Assembly: GCA_044230415.1 (NCBI GenBank)
Contig: JBGARE010000001.1
Location: forward strand, 561,195-598,757
Direction of reading: 5' to 3'
Length of the DNA stretch: 37,563 nucleotides
Source: Kofleriaceae bacterium
GTDB lineage: Bacteria > Myxococcota_A > Polyangia > Haliangiales > Haliangiaceae
The translations under genes were made by a program, and so were the position numbers. Below are positions 17,429-25,202 of the stretch, one piece after another. The notes under the pieces were generated by a model. That model saw only the letters and a list, made by a program, of their open reading frames with translations. It was not told where the DNA came from and ran no database searches. The number at the start of each line of letters is the position of its first letter. Position 1 is the stretch's first letter.

Positions 17429-18865
17429 ATGGTCGCACGCCAGGACATCGACGCGCTGCTCATCAGCGCCCTCTACGGCGAGCTCACGCCCGCTGAAGAG
17501 AAGAGCCTGGCGGCTCATCTCGAGTCGCATCCGGCTGACCGGACGGCGCTCGATGACCTGACCCGGGCTCGCGAGGTGCTTCACCAGAGCCGCATCCTCG
17601 CGTTCCAGTACGAGCCGCCACAGTCCGTGTCCGCCCTGCTGATGCAGGAAGCGTCGCGTCGCGCGCCCAAGAAGGCGTCCGAGGGCGAGGGCTGGTTCGC
17701 GCGGTTCGTGCGCTCGTTCGTGCAGCATCCCGCGATGGCCGCGGCCGCGATGATCTGCGTCGTTGTCGGCGCCGCATCGCTCGTGTCGCGCAACTCGGAA
17801 AAACAGTTCGCGGACACGCCCACCGTCGAGACGACGAAGCACACCGAATCTGCACCGGCCGTCGCCATGGAGGCGCCGACTCCGAACGCTGCGCCGGCTC
17901 CAGCGACAGGCACGGGAGACAACGCGGATCAATTTCGAGTCGCGCTCGCCGATGGCGAGAGCGAAGACAAGAGCGCCTACAAGAACGACGGCAAGGTCGA
18001 GGAAAAGAAGAAGGCCGAAGGGCAGACCAAAGCGCTGCCCGAGTCCGATCCGAACACAGCGTTCTACGACGCGAGCAACAACCGCAAAGGTGGCGACTCG
18101 CTGGCGACGAAGACCGCGACGGCCAAGCCGGACACGGGTCTCGAGCTGCGCCGTGGCGACGCGATGCCGAAGGACTTCGACGAGGCCAAGCCCGAACCGA
18201 CGCCCGCACCCACGGACGAGAAGCTCGCGAAACAAGCGCAGGCAGCCGCCGCGCAGAAGGCGAACAAGGCCGAGCGTCAGTTCGAAGCTGCCGACGACGC
18301 GATCGGTGGAGCTCGCGAGCAAGGATACGTCGCCGACAAACGCGAGGGCGCCGGCGCCGCCGGTGGCGTCGCACCGGGAGCAGCCGCACCGACCGCGCCG
18401 ACCACCACCGCGCAAGCGCCGCGCAATGCGGGGCCGCGCAACACCGTGGCACCCGCTCCGCCTCCGCCCACCAAGGCTGTTCCGCGCCAGGAGATCGCGA
18501 CGGACACCGCGACCGCATCGCGCGACCTGAAGTCGAAAGAGAAGGTCGCGAACGATCCGAACCTCGCGTGGGCGAAGGATCAACACGCGGCGCTCGTCAC
18601 CGCGGTACGCGCGAACAACTGCGGCCGCGCAGCAAGCATCGCACTGTCGATCGCGAATCGCACGCCCGCGTACTACGCGCAGAACGTCGAGACCGATCGC
18701 TCCGTGAAGGAGTGCATCGCGTACATCAACACCGAGCGCGAGAAGGACGCGGAACTTCGCGCATCGCGCGCGAAGAAGTCGCAGCTCAAGAATGCCGAGC
18801 CTGCCGCGCCGAAGCGCGCAGCGGATCAGCCGTCGAAGGCGACCTCGACGGACTCGTCGCGCTAG
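17429..18865 (+). CDS. Membrane-anchored protein with an anti-sigma-factor-like N-terminus, one TM helix and a long low-complexity (A/P/K/E-rich) periplasmic region
   Basis: N-terminal helical segment (DIDALLISALYGELTPAEEKSLAAHLESHPADRTALDDL) typical of anti-sigma N-domains. TM helix AMAAAAMICVVVGAASLV. No partner sigma gene lies adjacent. Confidence 0.45.
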   Translation: MVARQDIDALLISALYGELTPAEEKSLAAHLESHPADRTALDDLTRAREVLHQSRILAFQYEPPQSVSALLMQEASRRAPKKASEGEGWFARFVRSFVQHPAMAAAAMICVVVGAASLVSRNSEKQFADTPTVETTKHTESAPAVAMEAPTPNAAPAPATGTGDNADQFRVALADGESEDKSAYKNDGKVEEKKKAEGQTKALPESDPNTAFYDASNNRKGGDSLATKTATAKPDTGLELRRGDAMPKDFDEAKPEPTPAPTDEKLAKQAQAAAAQKANKAERQFEAADDAIGGAREQGYVADKREGAGAAGGVAPGAAAPTAPTTTAQAPRNAGPRNTVAPAPPPPTKAVPRQEIATDTATASRDLKSKEKVANDPNLAWAKDQHAALVTAVRANNCGRAASIALSIANRTPAYYAQNVETDRSVKECIAYINTEREKDAELRASRAKKSQLKNAEPAAPKRAADQPSKATSTDSSR

Positions 18866-19040
18866 TTCGACCGCATCGATTCGCTCGACGGACTCGTCGC
18901 GCTAGTTCGACCGCATCGATTCGCTCGATGGACTCGTCGCGCTAGTTCGACCGCATCGATTCGCTCGACGGACTCGTTCGACCGCATCGATTCGCTCGAC
19001 GGACTCGTCGCGCTAGCGCGGCCCCCGGGCTCGATCGACT
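18850..19040. repeat. 40-bp direct tandem repeat (ggactcgtcgcgctagttcgaccgcatcgattcgctcgac): 3 full copies, one copy with a 9-bp deletion, and a partial copy. The first copy contains the stop codon of the upstream gene.
   Basis: Read directly from the sequence. Copies lie at about 18850-18889, 18890-18929, 18930-18969, 18970-19000 and 19001-19017+. Located between convergent genes. Confidence 0.85.
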
Positions 19041-19068
19041 CGTCGCACGCTCCTCCGTCAGTCGCGCG

Positions 19069-20271
19069 TCATCCGCGCATCCATCGCGCGAGCTCGCGAT
19101 CGGTCGCGCGGAGCGCGTCGAGCGAGGGCGGTGGCAACACGGTCGTGGCTTTCGTCGCCCAGAACAGGAGCGGCGCGACGCCATCGCGATGCAATCGCAG
19201 CAACGCCGCGGCCGCTTTGCCCGAGTACACGCCATCGAGGCGCGGGCGCCTCTCGTGATCGCCCACGAGGCGATCGCGACCGCCGGGCTCGCGTAGGCCG
19301 ACGAGCTGCGCTTCGGTTCCGCGTGCGTCGTCGACGAGGCGCGGGCTCGGATCGCGGAGCTGCGCTTCCGTTCCGCGTGCGTCGACGAGGCGCGGGCAGC
19401 CGCTCAGGGCCGCGATCGCGCGCGTGCTCTGTGGCGTCGGGTGGCCGTAGCCGGGGCCGAGCTCGCGTCCGTCGACGACGAGCCGCGAGATCAGCTCGCC
19501 GAGCGAGATCGCGACGCGCGGGCCGCCGAGCTCCGCGACGCGGTCGAGGGTCGCGCGCGCGAGGTTCGCGATGCGCACGCGCGAGGTCACGGGCCATGGA
19601 GTCACCCGTACGCCGTGCACGATCGGCGCGGGCCAGCGCCATGCGCCGGTCGCGTGGGCGAGCGCGAGTCCGGCGAGCAGGCCCGCGGTCGTGCAGGTGC
19701 TGCCGATCGCGACGACGATCCGACGCGGCGGCGGAGCGATTCCGTCCGCGATCTGATCCGCGAGCTCGAACGCGCCGGCGAGCGCGCCGAACGTACCGAC
19801 GGTGGTCGCGCCGCCGGGCGGCATGACGAGCGATGTCCGCTCGCGCCGCGCGAGCGCGTAGCCGCGGAACGGGACCTCGACGACCGAGCGCAGCCGGATG
19901 ATCGGGCAGCCGCTGGCGATCATCGCGCCGCAGTTCTCGATCGCCCATGGCGATGTGGGCTGGGGAAACAGGATCGCGCCTGCGTCGAGGCCCGCGGTGC
20001 GCGCGTGGAGGATCGTCGCGATCACGTGGTTCGAGCCGTACGCGCCGATCGCCCAGATCCGCTTCGCGTCGCGTTCGCGCGCGTGACCGAACCAGACCTC
20101 GAGCGTGCGGAGCTTGTTACCGCCGTACAGCGGATGCGCGTCGCCCTCGTGCTTGACCCAGATCGTGCGGCCCGCGATCGACAGCGGCGCGAGCGGCGTG
20201 GGCCAGTGGCCGAGGTCGACGTGCGGCACGCGCGCCGCGAGGCGAGGCAGGTGCCGCGAGAGCGCCTTCAC
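19069..20271 (-). CDS. PLP-dependent ACC deaminase / D-cysteine desulfhydrase family protein (tryptophan-synthase-beta-like fold)
   Basis: N-terminal HWPTPL...IWVKHEGDAHPLYGGNKLRTLE and C-terminal GVYSGKA blocks characteristic of this family. Contains an in-frame internal duplication (19293-19401). Confidence 0.78.
   Translation of the reverse strand: MKALSRHLPRLAARVPHVDLGHWPTPLAPLSIAGRTIWVKHEGDAHPLYGGNKLRTLEVWFGHARERDAKRIWAIGAYGSNHVIATILHARTAGLDAGAILFPQPTSPWAIENCGAMIASGCPIIRLRSVVEVPFRGYALARRERTSLVMPPGGATTVGTFGALAGAFELADQIADGIAPPPRRIVVAIGSTCTTAGLLAGLALAHATGAWRWPAPIVHGVRVTPWPVTSRVRIANLARATLDRVAELGGPRVAISLGELISRLVVDGRELGPGYGHPTPQSTRAIAALSGCPRLVDARGTEAQLRDPSPRLVDDARGTEAQLVGLREPGGRDRLVGDHERRPRLDGVYSGKAAAALLRLHRDGVAPLLFWATKATTVLPPPSLDALRATDRELARWMRG
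19293..19401. repeat. In-frame ~54-bp tandem duplication inside the ACC-deaminase-family gene (encodes PRLVDARGTEAQL twice)
   Basis: Read directly: gagctgcgcttcggttccgcgtgcgtcgtcgacgaggcgcgggc repeated with minor changes. Confidence 0.7.
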
Positions 20272-20274
20272 ACG

Positions 20275-20556
20275 TCAGTGCTTTTCGGATTCCGGAACGT
20301 AGTCCGGCGGGGTCATCACGGGACCGTCGCCGAACAGGAACGCTTCGCATTGTTCCTTGAGGACGTCGTGGGCCTTCTTCTGGGTCAGATCGAGCCGGTA
20401 CTCGTTCACGATCTTCTTCGAGTGCTCGATCCACTGTGTCCACGCCTGGGCGGAGATCGAGTCATAGATGCGTTGGCCCAGGGCATCGTTGAACGGCTTG
20501 TAGGGGAGGCCGGGCAAGGTCTCCTTCAGCTTTGCGCATGCGACCATTCGACTCAT
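20275..20556 (-). CDS. yggX: Fe(2+)-trafficking / oxidative-damage protection protein YggX family
   Basis: [17 protein letters not shown]...[35 protein letters not shown]...[10 protein letters not shown] aligns along its whole length with YggX. Start taken at MSRMV (20556). Ends 3 nt upstream of the next gene on the same strand. Confidence 0.8.
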   Translation of the reverse strand: [93 protein letters not shown]

Positions 20557-20667
20557 CGCGGCGCAGTGGACCAAGTTTCACCGGCCTCGGCAAGCCCGGC
20601 GTGGTTCCGAGCACATGGGCCCGTTCGATCGTGTTCGTGACAGCATCGCTTCGTTTACCATCTATCG

Positions 20668-23600
20668 ATGCGACCGATTCGCCGCCTGGCCGTCACCGTC
20701 CTGTTGCTCCTCGCCGCGTGTGGTGACGATGCCGGACTCTCCGACTACTACCCGGAGATCCCCGGCGGGAGCGCGCCGGGCGCGAGTGCAGGCGAGGTGA
20801 CCGACGCGAACCAGCTCGTCACCGGGCCCGCGCAGAGCGGCATCGTGGGCGACTTCTTCATCAAGAACGATGTCGTCACGTTCATCGTGCAAGCGCCGAC
20901 CCGCGTGATCGGCGTGATCCCGCAAGGCGGCAACGTGGTCGATGCAGTGCTCACCGATGGAACGCGGCAGACGGTGGACGATCACTTCGGCGAGCTCGCG
21001 CTGATCTACAAGCTCGGCCGCACGTGCGAGCCCGATCGGATCGAGATCGTGCGCGATGGCAGCAAGGGCGGCCCGGCCGTGCTGCGCGCGATCGGCAAGA
21101 GCGGCAACAACGACTTCATCAACATCAAGGCGATCGGCGTGTTCCGCGTCGACACCAGCGTCGATCCGGACATCACCGACGGTGTCGAGTGCGCGACGAC
21201 GTACATCCTCGAGCCCGGATCGCACGCTCTCGAAGTGCATCACTCGCTGTTCAACAAAGGCCCGGACTCCGTCGACGGACCGCTAGGAACGATGGCCGAC
21301 ATCGGCGGCTACACGGACGCGTGGTCCAACTCGCGCGGCTTCGAACGCGCCGACATCTCGGCGATCACGACGCTGTCCAAGCCCTCGCCGATCGACTTCG
21401 TGATCTATCAAGGACCGGGCGTCGCGTACGGCGTGATTCCGCGCCACCAGACACCGACGACGCATACGCAAGCGTTGATCGCCGGCGTGTCGATCATGCT
21501 CGACGGCAACGACAAGCTGCTCGATATCCTCGACGAGGATACCTACTTCCTGCACATGAAGTCGGGCGCGGGCTACCTGCAGAGCTACGACCTCGTCGTC
21601 GGTAAGGACGCCGCCGACGTGGACGAAGTGTTCCGCAAGAACGAGACGATGACCGACATCAGCGGCACCGTCATGTACAGCAACGGGACCCCGGCGGTCG
21701 GTGCGCGTGTCGGCGTGTTCGTCGATGGCAACGGCAACGGAACGCTGGAACCGAGCGAGATCGATGACGATGACAACGGTGTCCCCGATGACCGGGTGAT
21801 CTCGTATCTCGATGTCGACGCGACGGGTCATTACGCCGGAAAGATCGCGTCGACAGCGGGCAACCTCCTCGTGCGCGCGTGGGTCAAGAATGCTGGAAAG
21901 TCACAGGTCGCCCCGGCGGCCGCATCCGTCAACCTCGCGATTCCGGCTCCGATCAAGGTGGACTACCAGATCCTCGATTTCGCCACGAACGCGCCCATCC
22001 CGGGCCGGCTGCTCGTCGTTGGCGATCATCCGGCATTCCCCGATGCGCGCGTGTTCGAGACGTCGGACCGCCTCGGCGATGTGGTGCAGTTCGCGCACTC
22101 GATCCGCGGCACGACGACCGATGTCGGTGATGGCGCCGATCCCGCGCTGCTCCTGCCGGCCGATGGCTCCTATCGCGTCTACGCGTCGCGCGGCACCGAG
22201 TGGTCCATCGATTCGCAGGCGCTCAACAGCACGACCGATGCGTCGCTGCAGTTCTCGCTGCGCCAGGTCAACCCGTCGGCGGGCTACGTGTCGAGCGACT
22301 GGCACGTGCACCAGGTCGGCTCGCCCGATTCGAACGTGCTCTCCGACGAACGCATTCGCAGCGCCGTGTCGGCGGGCACCGAAGTGTTCGCGGTGACGGA
22401 TCACGATTACGTGAGCGACCTGCAACCGCTCGTCGAGCAGATGGGGCTCGCGGCGGTCCTGCGCGTGTTTCCCGGCATCGAGGTCACGCCGTTCGCATAC
22501 GGCCACTTCAACGCGTGGCCGCTGGAGCCGGTCGATGACTCGCCGAACAAAGGCGCGATCGATTGGGCGCGCGGTCGCGAAGGCTTCGGCATGGTGCCGG
22601 GCGAGATCTTCGCGGCGATGCGCGACCGCGGCGCGCGGATGGTGCAAGTCAACCATCCACGCGAGGTCGGCTTCACCGAGTTCCAAGGTGCGTGGACGCG
22701 CGCGAACGTGAAGTACGACTACGGCAACCGGACGATCTTCGGCGACTACGAAGGAGCGAGCACGCCAAACGATTGGCTGCGCCTGCCGGGCGAGTCGCTG
22801 TGGAGCGATCAGTTCTCGGGCCTCGAGGTGTGGAACGGCTTCTCGATGACCGACTCCAACGGCGACGGCGTGCGCGAAAACCAGAAGCTCGATCGCGTGA
22901 TGCGCGATTGGCTCTCGATGCTCTCGCTCGGTCTGTTCGTCACGCCCGCCGGCAACAGCGACACGCACTACACGATCGCGGATCCGGTCGGCATGCCGCG
23001 GACGTATATCCGCGTCACCGACGATTCTCCGACGGCGCTGTCGAGCGGCTCGATCGTCGAGGACATCCTGACGACGCAGACCGGCGCGAACTCGCGGCCG
23101 CGCGACATCGTGGTCACGAACGGCCCGTTCATCGACGTGCAGGTCAGCAACATGCCCGCGCTCGGCCGCGTGTTCACGCCGAATGGTGGCAACGGGCAGA
23201 TCACGGTCAACGTGACGATCACGTCGCCGGACTGGGCGGAGTTCGACACGCTCGAGGTGTTCGCCAACACCGCGCCCGATAACCTCCGCAACGCGCAGGA
23301 AGAGACCACCCTCGTCCCGCTCAAGTGCTGGACGAGCCGCACGCTCGGGTCGCTGATGGCGACCGACCCGTGCACGCGCGCGGCGATCGCCCCCGAGGCC
23401 ATGACCGTCCAGCTCCAGAACGTGTCCGGCGGCGGCGGGTTCCAGCGCTACGAGGCCACCGTGACGGTGACGCTCGACGCGAACGACATCGTCACGCGCG
23501 CGGGTCACACCGGCACCGATGCGTTCCTCGTGTTCCGGGTCCGCGGCGACCGGGCGATCTTCCCGCTCCTGACCGGGTCGGGCGCCATCGATGCCACCAC

Positions 23601-23739
23601 GCGCCCCGCGATCATGAGTGGGAATCCCGCACAGCTCCGCGCGGCACTCGTTGGCAAGGGTGTGTTCGCGGAAGCGTTCACCTCACCGGTGTTCGTAGAC
23701 TTCGATGGAGGCGGCTACCGAGCGCCGTTCGCCCCCTGA
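20668..23739 (+). CDS. Large lipoprotein with a PHP-type (CehA/McbA-like) metal-dependent phosphoesterase domain and beta-rich (carboxypeptidase-regulatory-like) domains
   Basis: Lipoprotein signal with LLLAAC lipobox. PHP motifs SDWHVHQVGSPDS, FAVTDHDY, GIEVT and QVNHPRE. The CarbPepReg-like segment reads ISGTVMYSNGTPAVGARVGVFVDGNGNG. Confidence 0.78.
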   Translation: MRPIRRLAVTVLLLLAACGDDAGLSDYYPEIPGGSAPGASAGEVTDANQLVTGPAQSGIVGDFFIKNDVVTFIVQAPTRVIGVIPQGGNVVDAVLTDGTRQTVDDHFGELALIYKLGRTCEPDRIEIVRDGSKGGPAVLRAIGKSGNNDFINIKAIGVFRVDTSVDPDITDGVECATTYILEPGSHALEVHHSLFNKGPDSVDGPLGTMADIGGYTDAWSNSRGFERADISAITTLSKPSPIDFVIYQGPGVAYGVIPRHQTPTTHTQALIAGVSIMLDGNDKLLDILDEDTYFLHMKSGAGYLQSYDLVVGKDAADVDEVFRKNETMTDISGTVMYSNGTPAVGARVGVFVDGNGNGTLEPSEIDDDDNGVPDDRVISYLDVDATGHYAGKIASTAGNLLVRAWVKNAGKSQVAPAAASVNLAIPAPIKVDYQILDFATNAPIPGRLLVVGDHPAFPDARVFETSDRLGDVVQFAHSIRGTTTDVGDGADPALLLPADGSYRVYASRGTEWSIDSQALNSTTDASLQFSLRQVNPSAGYVSSDWHVHQVGSPDSNVLSDERIRSAVSAGTEVFAVTDHDYVSDLQPLVEQMGLAAVLRVFPGIEVTPFAYGHFNAWPLEPVDDSPNKGAIDWARGREGFGMVPGEIFAAMRDRGARMVQVNHPREVGFTEFQGAWTRANVKYDYGNRTIFGDYEGASTPNDWLRLPGESLWSDQFSGLEVWNGFSMTDSNGDGVRENQKLDRVMRDWLSMLSLGLFVTPAGNSDTHYTIADPVGMPRTYIRVTDDSPTALSSGSIVEDILTTQTGANSRPRDIVVTNGPFIDVQVSNMPALGRVFTPNGGNGQITVNVTITSPDWAEFDTLEVFANTAPDNLRNAQEETTLVPLKCWTSRTLGSLMATDPCTRAAIAPEAMTVQLQNVSGGGGFQRYEATVTVTLDANDIVTRAGHTGTDAFLVFRVRGDRAIFPLLTGSGAIDATTRPAIMSGNPAQLRAALVGKGVFAEAFTSPVFVDFDGGGYRAPFAP

Positions 23740-23821
23740 TTTCTAACCTCTATGTCCTCGCGTCAGGCTCACGGTCCCACGGCCAAGTGGCCGTGCTATC
23801 ACTGATCCAAGGCACCCTCGC

Positions 23822-24556
23822 ATGAAGCAATCGATCTGGGAGCTGATGAGTCATGGCGGCGGCGCGATGTACGTCGTCGTCGGGTTCTCGATCATCGCCC
23901 TGGCGGTCGGCATCGAACGCGCGATCGCGCAGTGGAACTTCGTCACGCGCGCCCGCCTCCTCGGCGAGACCGTCACGAAAGCCCTCTCGCGCGGCGCCCT
24001 CGAAGCAGGACGCACGGCGTGCGAGAACTCCCCATCGCCGATCGCGGACGTGTTCCTCGTCGGCTTCGACAAGCACGGCAAGGCCAAGCCCGAGCACGTC
24101 GTCACCGCGGTTCACCGCGAGCGTATGCGGGTCAATCAAGACCTGAAGACGCGCCTGTGGATGCTCGGCACCGTCGGCGCGACCGCACCGTTCGTCGGTC
24201 TGTTCGGTACCGTCGTCGGCATCATGACCGCGATGGACGATCTCGATCCCGAGCAGACCGTCAAGCTCGGCGAAATCTCCGGCCCGATCTCGTCCGCGCT
24301 GATCGTGACCGCCGCCGGTATTCTCGTCGCTGTCGAAGCGGTGATCCTGTTCAACTACTTCAGCCAGCGCGCGAACCGCATCGCTACCGAGATGAAGCTC
24401 CTCACCGACGAGTTCCTCGAGCTCCTGCTCGAAGCTCCGTCGGATTCGCTTCCGCGCAAGAGCAAGCCCTCCGACTCGGACCGCGACAAGCCCGAGACCA
24501 AGTCCGAAACCAAGCGCACCAAAGGCGACGACGATGGCTCTCGGGAAGCTGCCTGA
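23822..24556 (+). CDS. MotA/TolQ/ExbB family proton-channel protein
   Basis: 3-TM topology with the conserved block LGTVGATAPFVGLFGTVVGIMTAM...GPISSALIVTAAGILVAV. Confidence 0.9.
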   Translation: MKQSIWELMSHGGGAMYVVVGFSIIALAVGIERAIAQWNFVTRARLLGETVTKALSRGALEAGRTACENSPSPIADVFLVGFDKHGKAKPEHVVTAVHRERMRVNQDLKTRLWMLGTVGATAPFVGLFGTVVGIMTAMDDLDPEQTVKLGEISGPISSALIVTAAGILVAVEAVILFNYFSQRANRIATEMKLLTDEFLELLLEAPSDSLPRKSKPSDSDRDKPETKSETKRTKGDDDGSREAA

Positions 24557-25037
24557 CGCGGACGGCGACGCGGGAGATGAAGGCGGAGATGGGATCTTCG
24601 CCGAGATCAACATCACCCCGCTGACCGACGTCTTCCTCGTGATGGTGATCATCTTCATGGTGAGCGCGCTCGCCGTGCAGGTCGAACGCAACGTCGAGAA
24701 GAAGCAGCAGAAGCAGGACGAGACGCAAGCCGAGGTCGAGAAGCGCTCGGGCATCAAGGTCAACCTGCCGTCCGGCGCGGCCCAAGAGATCGATCCCTCG
24801 AAGGCCTCGCTCGTCCTGATGATCCCGATCAACGGTCCGGTCGTCGTCGGGGGCAAGGCCATGACCGACGCCGAGCTCGACAACCTCTTCCGCGCCGCCT
24901 TCGCGCGCGACAAGAACACGCAGGTCGTCCTCAAGGCCGACAAAGGCGTGCAGCACGGCAAGGTCGTAAATTTGATGGAGCGTGCGAAGACCGTCGGTCT
25001 CACGCGCCTCGCCATCGGCACCAGCGGCGGCGGTTAG
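24534..25037 (+). CDS. ExbD/TolR family biopolymer transport protein
   Basis: Single N-terminal TM helix (INITPLTDVFLVMVIIFMV) and a periplasmic ExbD fold (VVLKADKGVQHGKVVNLMERAKTVGLTRLAIGT). Overlaps the MotA/ExbB-family gene by 23 nt. Confidence 0.85.
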   Translation: MALGKLPDADGDAGDEGGDGIFAEINITPLTDVFLVMVIIFMVSALAVQVERNVEKKQQKQDETQAEVEKRSGIKVNLPSGAAQEIDPSKASLVLMIPINGPVVVGGKAMTDAELDNLFRAAFARDKNTQVVLKADKGVQHGKVVNLMERAKTVGLTRLAIGTSGGG

Positions 25038-25202
25038 CGCCCCAACCACACACTGTAGGTCACGGCGCGTCCACCCGCGAGGTCGGCGGAGCTGCTGGAG
25101 AGTCCACAATTGTGACAGGCGTTCCTTCGGGCAGATCGACGGCGATGTTGCCGTTCTGGACCTTGCCCGTGAGCTTCATGGGATCGAGCCTAGCGCGCAC
25201 GG

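Noticed and set aside
17429-18865. Confident anti-sigma factor annotation
   Set aside because: The N-terminal helix pattern is suggestive but lacks the Zn-binding HxxxCxxC motif, and no adjacent sigma gene exists. It is downgraded to an anti-sigma-like membrane protein.
18850-19040. Possible CRISPR array
   Set aside because: The 40-bp units are directly adjacent with no spacers, so this is a tandem minisatellite, not a CRISPR array. No cas genes are present in the window.
25060-25179. 39-aa ORF (MKLTGKVQNG...) in the exbD / Bax1-like convergent gap
   Set aside because: Too short, and no RBS or supporting features; probably chance.
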